From Eubacteriales bacterium OttesenSCG-928-K08 (GTDB lineage Bacteria; Bacillota; Clostridia; Christensenellales; CAG-138), in the NCBI GenBank assembly GCA_030266105.1, contig JAJDHH010000005.1, positions 961 through 64,960 of the forward strand: DNA of 64,000 bases, read 5' to 3'. Each line of letters opens with the position of its first letter. Position 1 is the stretch's first letter. A program made the translations under genes and the position numbers. Shown here piece by piece: positions 54,099 to 64,000 of this stretch. The notes beneath the pieces were generated by a model. The model had not been told where the DNA came from. It searched no databases and was given only the letters and a program-made list of their open reading frames with translations.

Positions 54099-54647
54099 TT
54101 AATCGAGCTTTTCGAGCAGCATTTCAAGGTAGGATTTACGTGTGCAACTGGTTTGGGCTACCCCCAATGCTTTTAGCACTGCAAACAACTCGGCAACCGC
54201 CTGATCGCGGTTGCTTTTTTCTTCCGCCAGCATTTCCAGCTCTAAATAGCTGCCTAAACCTTCCACATCGTCCAGGCAGGCCGTAATTTTATCCTTTTGG
54301 TAATATTGGCGTTGCTTTTTAACCGTCAACACGGGCGTGTGGCCAAGCTCGCGCAGCAGCGCATCCATTGTGGGGCCATCCAACAGGCTTACTTCCAACT
54401 CCTTGCGGGTTTGAGAAATTTTATCCAGCTTTGGGCCTTTATATGTAATTGCTGCTGAAGTTGTTTTGCCGCTGCTTGTAAAGCGCAGGCGCAGCGCTTC
54501 ATCAGTTTTTGCAAAGCTACGGTCTATTCCATTATAATAAATATCTGTTTCTTCTAAATTCTTTTCAGCTAAAAAGCCGTTATGAATCAGCGCATCCACA
54601 ATTTGCAGAGGATCGTCAATCTTCGCCTTAATCTCTATTTCCAACAT
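54099..54647 (-). CDS. CYTH-domain protein (CyaB-type class IV adenylate cyclase / triphosphatase-like)
   Basis: Starts MLEIEIKAK, the ExExK signature. 182 aa. Confidence 0.75.
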   Translation of the reverse strand: MLEIEIKAKIDDPLQIVDALIHNGFLAEKNLEETDIYYNGIDRSFAKTDEALRLRFTSSGKTTSAAITYKGPKLDKISQTRKELEVSLLDGPTMDALLRELGHTPVLTVKKQRQYYQKDKITACLDDVEGLGSYLELEMLAEEKSNRDQAVAELFAVLKALGVAQTSCTRKSYLEMLLEKLD

Positions 54648-55005
54648 TTGATAGCTCCTCCCCCACTTGTCCGTCCGATTTGATAATGTAAATTTTGACC
54701 GGTTTATTGAGCTCCATTGCACGCTTAATCGTATAATACGTGCCTCGTGATTTTCCATCCCAAATAGCAACTATCATATCAGCCGCATCCACAATCTGAT
54801 CGTTTCGCGCAAAATAAGCATGCTTGCCAAGCAGTTTTGTGTTGGGCAAAAACACTTTTGCAGGAAGCCCGCGCTCGCGTGCGTATTGCTCTGCAAGCGT
54901 ATCCACGCCTGAAGCGCCGCCGGATATAAGCTCGCTTGCTTCCGCTGGGATGTATTTTGAAATATCCACATTAAGCCCACGCGAGCCAACCACGCCAACC
55001 TTCAT
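54628..55005 (-). CDS. SLOG-fold (DUF2493/DprA-like) protein
   Basis: MKVGVVGSRGL...LISGGASGVDTLAEQYA...IVAIWDGKSRGT. Confidence 0.6.
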   Translation of the reverse strand: MKVGVVGSRGLNVDISKYIPAEASELISGGASGVDTLAEQYARERGLPAKVFLPNTKLLGKHAYFARNDQIVDAADMIVAIWDGKSRGTYYTIKRAMELNKPVKIYIIKSDGQVGEELSNVGNRD

Positions 55006-55006
55006 T

Positions 55007-56809
55007 TTAGTTGATCCTGAGCACGCTCATAAAGGCATCGCTTGGGATTTGCACAGAACCGACCTGCCTCATCCGCTTTTTGCCTTCCTTTTGTTTTTCA
55101 AGCAGCTTTTTCTTTCGAGTAATGTCGCCGCCATAGCATTTTGCGAGCACATCCTTGCGCACTGCCTTAACGGTTTCCCTTGCAATGATTTTTCCGCCTA
55201 TTGCCGCTTGAATGGGGATTTCGAACTGCTGCCTGGGAATTACATCCTTAAGCTTTTCAGCCACTGCGCGCCCCTTTGCATAGGCCTTATCACGGTGGAC
55301 GATGGTGGAAAGCGCATCACAAATTTCAGCATTGAGTAAAAAGTCAAGCTTAACAAGATCCGAGCGCATATACTCGCGCATCTCATAATTAAACGATGCG
55401 TAACCCTTTGAGCGTGATTTTAATTGATCAAAAAAGTCATAGATAATCTCATTAAGCGGCAAAACATAATGAATGTTAGCCCTTGTTTGATCAATATACT
55501 TCATGTCCTGAAATATTCCGCGTTTTTCCTGGCAAAGCTCCATTATCGTTCCCACATATGCTGTTGGCGTCATAATCTGAGCATCCACCATCGGCTCTTC
55601 AAGATAGGCAATCTGTGTAGCCGGGGGCAAGTTTGAGGGATTATCAATTGTGATCGTCTCTTCGCTAGTCAAGCGCACATTATAAACAACGCTTGGTGCT
55701 GTCGTTACCAAATCCAGATCATATTCCCGCTCAAGCCGCTCCTGAATGATTTCCATGTGGAGCAACCCAAGAAAACCGCAGCGGAAACCAAACCCAAGCG
55801 CAACCGAGGTTTCAGTTTCAAAAGAGAGCGAGGCATCGTTAAGCAGAAGCTTTTCCAGCGCGTCCTTTAAGTCGTCATAATGCGCACCATCCGCCGGGTA
55901 AATACCACAATACACCATAGGGTGGGCCTGCTGGTAACCTGGCAGCGCCTTAATGGCGGGATTATCCGCATCGGTAATCGTATCGCCTACTTTTGTTTCC
56001 GCAACGCTTTTTATCGATGCTGCAATGTAGCCGACCTCTCCCACGCACAGCTCATCAACTGCGCGAGGCGCCGGTGTAAACACGCCAACCTCAGTAACCT
56101 CAAATTCATGGCCGGAGCTCATCATGCGTATGCGCATTCCGGCCCGCACGCTGCCATCCACAATGCGCACAAAGCTCATCGCGCCCTTGTAATTATCATA
56201 GCGGCAATCAAATATCAGCGCTGTTAACGGCTTATCAGCCTCACCTTCAGGCGGTGGGATCAAATCGATGATCTGATCCAGCACTGCGCTAACATTTTCG
56301 CCGGATTTTGCGGAAATCTTCGGCGCATCTTCTGCAGGCAGGCCAATAATATCCTCGATTTCTTTGATTGTGTTTTCAGGCTGTGCGCTTGGAAGATCGA
56401 TCTTGTTTATGACCGGCATAATCTCAAGCCCATTATCCAGCGCAAGGTATACGTTTGCAAGCGTTTGCGCCTCAATCCCCTGTGTTGCGTCCACAACTAA
56501 CACCGCGCCTTCACATGCGGCAAGCGCCCGGCTAACTTCGTATGTAAAGTCAACATGGCCGGGAGTATCTATTAGATTGAGCATGTATTGCTGCCCGTTT
56601 GAATGCTGATAAAACATCCGCACGGCAGTCGCTTTAATGGTTATCCCCCGCTCACGTTCGATATCCATCGTATCAAGAAGCTGATTTTCCATATCCCTGC
56701 TCGATACGGTATCCGTCAGCTCCATCAAACGATCTGCAAGCGTTGACTTACCATGATCTATGTGTGCAATAATGCAAAAGTTGCGAATAAACTCGCGCGA
56801 AAATGCCAT
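55007..56809 (-). CDS. lepA: translation elongation factor 4
   Basis: [21 protein letters not shown]... ATG follows GGAGGA. Confidence 0.95.
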   Translation of the reverse strand: MAFSREFIRNFCIIAHIDHGKSTLADRLMELTDTVSSRDMENQLLDTMDIERERGITIKATAVRMFYQHSNGQQYMLNLIDTPGHVDFTYEVSRALAACEGAVLVVDATQGIEAQTLANVYLALDNGLEIMPVINKIDLPSAQPENTIKEIEDIIGLPAEDAPKISAKSGENVSAVLDQIIDLIPPPEGEADKPLTALIFDCRYDNYKGAMSFVRIVDGSVRAGMRIRMMSSGHEFEVTEVGVFTPAPRAVDELCVGEVGYIAASIKSVAETKVGDTITDADNPAIKALPGYQQAHPMVYCGIYPADGAHYDDLKDALEKLLLNDASLSFETETSVALGFGFRCGFLGLLHMEIIQERLEREYDLDLVTTAPSVVYNVRLTSEETITIDNPSNLPPATQIAYLEEPMVDAQIMTPTAYVGTIMELCQEKRGIFQDMKYIDQTRANIHYVLPLNEIIYDFFDQLKSRSKGYASFNYEMREYMRSDLVKLDFLLNAEICDALSTIVHRDKAYAKGRAVAEKLKDVIPRQQFEIPIQAAIGGKIIARETVKAVRKDVLAKCYGGDITRKKKLLEKQKEGKKRMRQVGSVQIPSDAFMSVLRIN

Positions 56810-56966
56810 ATATCCTCCGGAAATATTGCGGCCGACAATACGCCTGGCCCCAGTTTCTACAGGAAAGATCATATCTTATTGATGGAAGAATTGCAAGCGT
56901 AAACACTATGCGTGTGCTTCATTTAGTGATACAATAATGTTTAGATTCAAAAATTTTTCGGAGGTA

Positions 56967-57584
56967 ATGACAATGGATCGCTTAAACGCAACTGCAGCAA
57001 ATTTGAATGCACATGGTTTTTCCGCACAGGTTTTTGATACGGGGGCGGACGCAAAGCAGGCAGCGCTCGCAATCATTGGGGATCGCAGCGTTGGTTTTGG
57101 TGGTTCCATAACCGTAAATGAGCTTGGCATTTATGAAACAGTAACAAAAAAAGGGAACAAAGCATTCTGGCACTGGAAGGCGGATGAAGCCACCCCTGCT
57201 CCCGCCATGCTTGCAGGCGCACAAGCTGCTGATGTTTACATTTGCTCCGCCAATGCAATAATCGAAACCGGCTCGCTTTTGAATATCGATGGCACAGGCA
57301 ACCGCGTTGCCAACCTCTTTTATGGGCCTAAAACGGTAATCGTCATCGCCGGAGAAAATAAGCTCGCACCAAATTATGATGAGGCGCTTGCTCGCATAAA
57401 ACGCGAGGCCTGCCCATCAAATGGAAAACGGTTAAACATGAAAACACCCTGCACTGCAACAGGCGTATGCACGGATTGCGACTCCCCCCAAAGAATGTGC
57501 AGGGTAACTGTACTTTTAGAACGACCAACTTTTGCAGTGCCTGAAGTTCATGTGCTTTTAGTTCGTGAATCCTTGGGCTACTAA
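56967..57584 (+). CDS. LUD-domain (LutC/YkgG-like) protein
   Basis: Reads ..SVGFGGSITVNELGI... and ICSANAIIETGSLLN. Start is uncertain (56967 or 56973). Confidence 0.65.
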   Translation: MTMDRLNATAANLNAHGFSAQVFDTGADAKQAALAIIGDRSVGFGGSITVNELGIYETVTKKGNKAFWHWKADEATPAPAMLAGAQAADVYICSANAIIETGSLLNIDGTGNRVANLFYGPKTVIVIAGENKLAPNYDEALARIKREACPSNGKRLNMKTPCTATGVCTDCDSPQRMCRVTVLLERPTFAVPEVHVLLVRESLGY

Positions 57585-57615
57585 TCTTTAATTTACAACG
57601 GAGGCAACTTTTTTA

Positions 57616-58821
57616 ATGAGAATAATTGAACAAGCGGATAAGCTGCAAAAAATGCATTATGAGGTGAGAGGCCCTGTAGTTGAAGAAGCAGATAAAATGC
57701 TTTTAAGGGGCGAGAACGTACTTAAACTAAACATTGGCAACCCGGCAGTGTTTGGCTTTAACGCGCCCGATGCACTTTTTGACGAAATTGCCGCACACAT
57801 ACGCGATGCGCAGCCATACTCGGATTCCAAGGGCATATTGTCTTCACGCGAGGCAATCGTTGAGTATTGCACTTCAAAAGGTTTTCCTAATGTGGATTCA
57901 GATAGTGTTTTTATAGGCAATGGCGCAAGCGATGTAATCTGCATCGCCATGCAAGCGCTTTTAAACACCGGTGACGAAATCCTCCTGCCCTCACCCGATT
58001 ATCCATTGTGGACAGCAGCTGTCAATCTTTCTGGCGGCACACCTGTACATTACATTTGCGATGAGCAGGCAGATTGGAATCCGGATATCGAAAGCATCAA
58101 AAAATCCATAACACCGCGCACAAAAGCGATTGTGGTCATAAACCCCAATAACCCAACCGGTGCATTGTACAGCCTTGAGGTTTTAAAAGAAATTGTTGAA
58201 ATCGCGCGGCAAAACGATCTTATTATTTTTGCCGACGAAATTTACGACCGTGTTGTAATGGAAGGTGAACACACCTCCATCGCTTCACTTGCGCCGGATC
58301 TGTTTTGCGTAACATTTAATGGCCTTAGCAAGTCACACATCATCTGCGGCTATCGCTGCGGTTGGATGGCACTAAGCGGCGATAAATCACGCGCGCAAGG
58401 CTACATAGCCGGCATAAACATGCTGGCTTCCATCCGCCTTTGCGCCAACGTACCTGCACAGTATGTAATTCCTGTTGCGCTTAAGGATAAGGAAAATCCG
58501 CATTGCAAGCCCGGCGGTCGCCTTTACGAGCAAGGCAAGTATGTTTACGAAGCGCTTAATCGTATTCCCGGTGTTTCGGCTGTTAAACCCAAGGCCGCTA
58601 TGTACATCTTCCCAAAGCTTGATAAGAAGGTTTTCAACATCACTGATGACCAAAAGTTCGCATTGGATTTTCTTCATCAGCAAAGGGTACTTGTTGTTCA
58701 GGGTACCGGCTTTAACTGGATTAAACCGGATCATTTTCGCATTGTTTTCCTTCCTGAGGTTGCACAGCTTAAAAACGCAATGGAAAAGCTGGAGAACTTC
58801 CTTTCAAACTATCGTCAATAA
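57616..58821 (+). CDS. class I/II PLP aminotransferase (alanine aminotransferase-like)
   Basis: Reads ..LKLNIGNP.. and the PLP-Lys context FNGLSKSHIICGYRCGW. Confidence 0.88.
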   Translation: MRIIEQADKLQKMHYEVRGPVVEEADKMLLRGENVLKLNIGNPAVFGFNAPDALFDEIAAHIRDAQPYSDSKGILSSREAIVEYCTSKGFPNVDSDSVFIGNGASDVICIAMQALLNTGDEILLPSPDYPLWTAAVNLSGGTPVHYICDEQADWNPDIESIKKSITPRTKAIVVINPNNPTGALYSLEVLKEIVEIARQNDLIIFADEIYDRVVMEGEHTSIASLAPDLFCVTFNGLSKSHIICGYRCGWMALSGDKSRAQGYIAGINMLASIRLCANVPAQYVIPVALKDKENPHCKPGGRLYEQGKYVYEALNRIPGVSAVKPKAAMYIFPKLDKKVFNITDDQKFALDFLHQQRVLVVQGTGFNWIKPDHFRIVFLPEVAQLKNAMEKLENFLSNYRQ

Positions 58822-58843
58822 TTTTGCTTTTTTATAGGCAAAT

Positions 58844-58890
58844 GCTAACAAACAAAACCCCCGGCAAAGCCGGGGGTTTTGTTTGTTAGC
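58844..58890. terminator. long bidirectional terminator hairpin
   Basis: gctaacaaacaaaacccccgg-caaag-ccgggggttttgtttgttagc, a 21-bp stem. Confidence 0.7.
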
Positions 58891-58903
58891 TTCATGTGAG
58901 TTT

Positions 58904-60613
58904 TTATCCAAACATCCAATTATCCTTGAGGTTAAACTGCTGCAACGAATTCTCAAGCGATTCGCACTGGCTGCTCATCTGTTCGCTGCTGGCTGCGCTC
59001 TGTTCCGCAGTTGCACTGTTTTGCTCAACAACCATTGCAACTTCGCCAACGCTGGTGTTGATCAACGAAATGGCTGTGCTTTGCTCCTCAGAGGCTTCGA
59101 ATATGTTGGCGATCACCACGCCGCTTTCGTTTATGCCCTCAACAATTTCGTGCAATGATTTTGATGTATCCTTTGCGATGCTAACGCCTAACGCCGCTTT
59201 TTGGATAGAATCCTCTATCAATTCAGCAGTATCCTTTGCGGATTTAGCGCTCTTTGCCGCAAGGTTTCTAACCTCATCCGCAACCACGGCAAACCCTTTT
59301 CCGTATTGGCCTGCGCGCGCCGCCTCAACAGCAGCATTAAGCGCAAGCAGATTTGTTTGAAAGGCAATGTCGTCAATCAGTTTCATAACCTTGCCAATCG
59401 CCTGGTTTGCGCGATCGATATCCCGCACGGCGCTTAGCATTTCTTCCATTTGTACGGAGCCTTTTTCAGCAGCCTGGCGAATTGTGCCCGCAAGTTCTGT
59501 TGCGCGTTGAGCCATTTTTGTGTTCGCTTCCGTGCGCTCGGCAACATGACCGATTGATTCTGCAAGCTGTGAAATTGTGATTTCCTGCTCGGTTGCACCT
59601 TGAGCAAGCATTTGTGCGCCATCCGCAATTTGGGCAGAGCCCGAGGATATTTGCAATGTGCTCTTGTGAATTTCGAGGAACATAGCGTTCATGTTCTCAG
59701 TCATGCGCTGCATGGCATAGCTCATCACATCATTTTCACAGCGCGGAGTAATTTCAACAGTCATATCCTTGTTGGCAATTGCCTCCATAACAGCCGCTTG
59801 CTTTTTAGTGTTTTCAGCCATTCGCCTGAATGCTTCAGTTAGCTGGCCAATTTCATCCTGCGAATTTGTTGCGCTAAGCTCAACAGTAATATCGCCATCG
59901 GCAATCTTTTCAGAAGCAAGGGTGATCTCCTGAATAGGCCGCCCAATCAACCTGCGTGTAATATAGAAGCAAAGGAACGCACAAATGATACAATAAGCAA
60001 CTATGATACCCGCAATCAGCAAACTATATCGCCGCGATGCTGCAAGCACCTGCTCAACAGGGGCATCCACCCCCACAACACCAATTGTGCTGCCGCTTGA
60101 ATCTTTAATTGCCGCATAGCCCGACACCATTACGCCAAACTCACCCGATTGATAAAAATCGGTGGACATTGACTTTCCTGTTCTAAGTGTTTCAAACACT
60201 TCGTCGGCGTGAACGCTTGCTTCTTCCTTATGCCAAAGGTCAATTTCCGGTTCTTTTTCGTTGGAAGTATAACCTTCCATAAAATATGTAAACTCATTGT
60301 TTCCACCGTGAGGATTATCCATTATATATATATATGCAGTATCGGTTCTCTCTTTAATGTCGTCAACAATGGCCTTTGTTGTATACCAGTATTCGTTTTT
60401 CTCGCCGGATTCCATTATTTGTGCAAACTCTTCAGGGCTTATCATTGCTACGATCGTTTCTGCAATGGTTTCTACACGTTGCACGCTAAAATCTACAGAA
60501 CCATCTCGATACAAAACAAAGCCGATCACCCCAATCACCACCGAGCTAAGCACCAGCATAGTGATTAAGACCGCAAAAAGTTTAGCCGCAATTGACTTTT
60601 TAATTGCTTTCAT
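58904..60613 (-). CDS. methyl-accepting chemotaxis protein with extracellular sensor domain
   Basis: Signalling hairpin IAFQTNLLALNAAVEAARAGQYGKGFAVVADEVRNLA, an N-terminal TM, a periplasmic-type domain and HAMP. ATG follows GGAGGA. Confidence 0.9.
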   Translation of the reverse strand: MKAIKKSIAAKLFAVLITMLVLSSVVIGVIGFVLYRDGSVDFSVQRVETIAETIVAMISPEEFAQIMESGEKNEYWYTTKAIVDDIKERTDTAYIYIMDNPHGGNNEFTYFMEGYTSNEKEPEIDLWHKEEASVHADEVFETLRTGKSMSTDFYQSGEFGVMVSGYAAIKDSSGSTIGVVGVDAPVEQVLAASRRYSLLIAGIIVAYCIICAFLCFYITRRLIGRPIQEITLASEKIADGDITVELSATNSQDEIGQLTEAFRRMAENTKKQAAVMEAIANKDMTVEITPRCENDVMSYAMQRMTENMNAMFLEIHKSTLQISSGSAQIADGAQMLAQGATEQEITISQLAESIGHVAERTEANTKMAQRATELAGTIRQAAEKGSVQMEEMLSAVRDIDRANQAIGKVMKLIDDIAFQTNLLALNAAVEAARAGQYGKGFAVVADEVRNLAAKSAKSAKDTAELIEDSIQKAALGVSIAKDTSKSLHEIVEGINESGVVIANIFEASEEQSTAISLINTSVGEVAMVVEQNSATAEQSAASSEQMSSQCESLENSLQQFNLKDNWMFG

Positions 60614-60792
60614 ACATTTCCTCCAGGCAAGAAAATTTATATTCAACAAACATTTGCTAAAATAATAATTTGAGTATAACAATCCTGCACAAATATTGCA
60701 ATCATCTTATGTTGCCCAACCTATTCCATTACGTTAAAAAGCAGCGCACAACAATTTTGCCGTGCGCTGCTAAATTATTCGTTTGCCAGGCT

Positions 60793-62001
60793 TTATAGCA
60801 TAGCTTCCAAACGAGAGCGAATTTGCGCAATAAACTCGGTTGTGTTAACTGCCCTTGCTTTTTTGCCTTCCACAAGGCCCACAAGGTCTTTAGTCATAAT
60901 GCCATCGTCAAGTGTTGCTATGCAAGCCTTCTCGATTTTTTCGCCAAAGCTAACAAGCTCAGGAATATCGTCAAGCTCGCCACGTTTTTTAAGCGCGCCG
61001 CTCCAGGCATATATAGTCGCCATCGGGTTTGTTGAGGTTTCCTCGCCTTCTAGATATTTGTAGTAATGGCGGGTGACGGTTCCATGCGCCGCTTCATATT
61101 CAAAATTGCCATCGGGCGAGCAGAGCACGGAGGTCATCATCGCAAGTGATCCAAATGCGGTGGATACCATATCGCTCATAACATCACCATCGTAGTTTTT
61201 GCAGGCCCAAATGAAACCGCCCTCGCTGCGAATAACACGCGCAACCGCATCGTCTATCAAAGTATAGAAGTATTCGATGCCAGCTTCTTCGAACTTTGCT
61301 TTATAATCCGCTTCGTATATCTCATCAAACAGCACTTTGAATGTTTGATCGTAAATTTTGGATATTGTGTCCTTGGTTGAAAACCAAAGATCCTGATTTG
61401 TTGAAAGCGCATACTTAAAGCACGCATGAGCAAATGAGTTTATGGAAGTATCTTTGTTAAAAACGGATTGCAGCACGCCCGGGCACTCAAAATCGTAAAC
61501 CGTTTCGCGGAACGTTTCCCCATTTTCACCGGTAAACAAAAGCTCAGCCTTGCCCTTGCCCTTCACCCTATATTCCGTGCCTTTGTAAACATCGCCATAT
61601 GCGTGACGCGCAATTGTGATGGGCCTTTTCCAATTTTTCACGACCGGCTTAATGCTATCCACTAAAATAGGCGCACGAAACACCGTGCCATCCAAAATGG
61701 CGCGGATTGTGCCGTTAGGGCTTTTCCACATTTCATGCAGGTTGTATTCGCTCATGCGCTGATTGTTGGGGGTAATGGTTGCGCATTTTACGCCAACACC
61801 ATATTTTTTGATGGCGTTGCCCGCATCGTGGGTAATTTGATCCCGCGTTTCATCACGCACGGTAAGGCCAAGGTCGTAATACTCCGTTTTAAGCTCAACA
61901 AATGGCAGAATTAATTCATCTTTCACCATTTGCCAAAGTATTCGGGTCATTTCATCGCCATCCATCTCCACAAGCGGGACGCGCATTTTGATTTTTTCCA
62001 T
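60793..62001 (-). CDS. icd: NADP-dependent isocitrate dehydrogenase
   Basis: VPLVEMDGDEMTRILW. 402 aa. Confidence 0.93.
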   Translation of the reverse strand: MEKIKMRVPLVEMDGDEMTRILWQMVKDELILPFVELKTEYYDLGLTVRDETRDQITHDAGNAIKKYGVGVKCATITPNNQRMSEYNLHEMWKSPNGTIRAILDGTVFRAPILVDSIKPVVKNWKRPITIARHAYGDVYKGTEYRVKGKGKAELLFTGENGETFRETVYDFECPGVLQSVFNKDTSINSFAHACFKYALSTNQDLWFSTKDTISKIYDQTFKVLFDEIYEADYKAKFEEAGIEYFYTLIDDAVARVIRSEGGFIWACKNYDGDVMSDMVSTAFGSLAMMTSVLCSPDGNFEYEAAHGTVTRHYYKYLEGEETSTNPMATIYAWSGALKKRGELDDIPELVSFGEKIEKACIATLDDGIMTKDLVGLVEGKKARAVNTTEFIAQIRSRLEAML

Positions 62002-62022
62002 ATTGATCCTCCCCAGCTTAAG

Positions 62023-64000
62023 CTATTTCATGTTTTGTGCCGCGTAATAATTCATCAGGCAGCCTTCGAGTATGATTGCCTTTTCGTCGGGCGTAAGGTT
62101 ACGCACATATAGCAAAATTTCCTCAACATCGCCGCGTTGCCTGATTACCTTTGCCTGAATTTCTTCTTTTCCGGTTTCGATGGCTTCGCGAATGCCAGGA
62201 ACAAACACCATATCCCCCACAGCATAATCAAAGGTGGGTTCAACTGTGAAAGGCACCATACCCCAGTTAATGCAGTTGCTGCGGTAGCGTTTTGTAGCAA
62301 ACTCATAACAAATGTTTGCAAACCCGCCAAGCACCTTTTGGCATGAAGCAGCCTGCTCACGCGCAGAACCATCGCCCGGTTTTTTTGCAAAAATTGTGGA
62401 GCCAAACTGTGTATGGTCAATTTCGTTAGCCGCCCCCACTTTTTCAAGCGCTGCTAATACCCTTGTGGGTGCCTTGCCCTCAATGCGCTCCAGCTCGGCT
62501 GCGGCAACCGCCTTGCTAAGCCCAACATATTCGGGGCAACGGCGTGAAAGCGCAAACTCGGCAAGCTTAAGCGGGTTGGAACGGTAGGAGGATGTTTCGC
62601 CCGAAGGTATTAGCTCATCGGTTGTTGTAACATCATCGTGGATTACTGCTGTTAACTCAAGCAGCAGGTTCTTTCCCAAAGGATACATCTTAGGCCAGTC
62701 TGTAATGTTTGGCCCAAGGCGCAGCTCTTCATTTGGTTTTGAGTTGCCAAAGCCGTTATAAACCCGTTTTTCATAAATGTCCTTATCATAGACAAAAGGC
62801 AAACCTGCAACAGTATCCTCAAAATCAGTTGCGGCAGTAATTGCGCCCTTGTTGCGTGCGGTGGCGGCGATGGAGCGCGCATCCATCAGCGCAACACCCG
62901 AAAGCTGGCCCTGGCCGGGCTTGCTACCCTCGCGGTTGGGGAAATTGCGAGTGGTGTGACGGATTGACAGGCCATTGTTGGCCGGAACATCACCCGCGCC
63001 AAAGCAAGGCCCACAGAACGTTGGCTTAATAACAGCGCCCGCCTCGATGAGCGAAACAAGCACCCCATTTTTGCTGAGCGCCAAATTAACGGGTGCAGAA
63101 CCCGGATAAACCGACAATGCAAAGTAACCATTGCCAATATCCCCGCCCTCAAGTATTTTTGCCGCGTCACAAATATTATCGAATGTGCCTCCGGCGCAGC
63201 CCGCTATAACCCCCTGATCGGCCCAAAGCTTGCCATCCCTTGCTTTTGCAAGCAGGTTTAGTTCAACCTTGCCGCCAAACTGTTTTTTGGTTTCCTTATC
63301 TACGCCGGAAAGTATATCCTCCATATTTGCGTTAAGATCCTTTATTGAAAACACATTGGAAGGATGATATGGCAATGCTATCATGCACTCTATCTTTGAA
63401 AGGTCGATTTTAACCATGCTGTCGTAATAGGCCATTTCGCCCGGCTTTAGCTCTTTATAATCATTTGGTCGGCCGATCGCCTGATAATATTCCTTCACCT
63501 TATCATCGGTTTGCCAAATGGAGGATAGGCATGTGGTCTCGGTTGTCATAACATCAATGCCGTTTCTAAAATCTATAGGCAGGTTGGCAATCCCAGGCCC
63601 AGCAAATTCAAGCACCTTGTTTTTAACAAAACCGCTTGAGAATGTTGCCCTAACGAGCGCTAACGCAACATCGTGCGTGCCCACTCCTGGTTTAGGCGCG
63701 CCCTCAAGATAAACGAGCACAACCTCGGGCGCATCCACATCATATGTGTTTGATAAAAGCTGCTTTACAATTTCCGGGCCACCCTCGCCCACCCCCATTG
63801 TGCCAAGAGCGCCATAACGGGTGTGGCTGTCCGACCCAAGCGCCATGCGCCCGCAAGCGGCCATTTCCTCACGCATATACATGTGCATAACGCTTAAGTT
63901 GGGTGGGATAAACACCCCGCCATACTTCACCGCGGCAGAAAGGCCAAACACATGGTCATCCTCATTTATCGTGCCGCCAACAGCGCACAACGAGTTGTGG
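62023..64000 (-). CDS. aconitate hydratase, N-terminus beyond window edge
   Basis: Aconitase Fe-S ligand contexts ALGSDSHT and ..TFCGPCFG... The frame is open to the window end. Confidence 0.85.
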   Translation of the reverse strand, partial: HNSLCAVGGTINEDDHVFGLSAAVKYGGVFIPPNLSVMHMYMREEMAACGRMALGSDSHTRYGALGTMGVGEGGPEIVKQLLSNTYDVDAPEVVLVYLEGAPKPGVGTHDVALALVRATFSSGFVKNKVLEFAGPGIANLPIDFRNGIDVMTTETTCLSSIWQTDDKVKEYYQAIGRPNDYKELKPGEMAYYDSMVKIDLSKIECMIALPYHPSNVFSIKDLNANMEDILSGVDKETKKQFGGKVELNLLAKARDGKLWADQGVIAGCAGGTFDNICDAAKILEGGDIGNGYFALSVYPGSAPVNLALSKNGVLVSLIEAGAVIKPTFCGPCFGAGDVPANNGLSIRHTTRNFPNREGSKPGQGQLSGVALMDARSIAATARNKGAITAATDFEDTVAGLPFVYDKDIYEKRVYNGFGNSKPNEELRLGPNITDWPKMYPLGKNLLLELTAVIHDDVTTTDELIPSGETSSYRSNPLKLAEFALSRRCPEYVGLSKAVAAAELERIEGKAPTRVLAALEKVGAANEIDHTQFGSTIFAKKPGDGSAREQAASCQKVLGGFANICYEFATKRYRSNCINWGMVPFTVEPTFDYAVGDMVFVPGIREAIETGKEEIQAKVIRQRGDVEEILLYVRNLTPDEKAIILEGCLMNYYAAQNMK

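Overview
Firmicutes (Clostridia-like) chromosome segment in three blocks. (1) 1-7040 is a visibly GC-richer accessory block. It holds the 3' end of a type-A chloramphenicol acetyltransferase and an adjoining nucleotidyltransferase. On the minus strand it holds a sortase-dependent SpaA/VaFE-repeat adhesin locus. That locus is a single reading frame interrupted by one TAG, and it runs without a stop into a sortase fragment that lacks its catalytic half. (2) About 7045-28023 is a siphovirus-type prophage beside two tandem tRNA-Ser genes. It has a tyrosine integrase, a cI/cro-like switch, portal, MuF, scaffold, tail genes with a G/GT -1 frameshift, and a tape measure. I can find no terminase, major capsid, connector or lysis genes. 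It carries several cargo units, most with their own predicted promoter: a YbjQ(DUF74)-Zn-ribbon protein coupled to a stand-alone FtsK-gamma protein, an RHH gene and a BRO antirepressor, all wedged between tail chaperone and tape measure; a MuF C-terminal DUF6883-like module with a DUF4926-like partner; a lipoprotein plus zinc-ribbon membrane pair; counter-oriented minigenes; and a non-coding unit bracketed by a perfect 22-bp inverted repeat with an orientation-specific terminator. (3) 28.4-64 kb is ordinary core genome: LysR, methionine gamma-lyase-like, Crp/Fnr, PiT with two DUF47 genes, tRNA-Ala, rnj, rpsB-tsf, sigA-dnaG, ackA, thrC, dnaX-ybaB-recR, lepA, an MCP, icd and aconitase. No CRISPR array, reverse transcriptase or rRNA was seen. 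All domain calls come from reading motifs by eye, not from searches.
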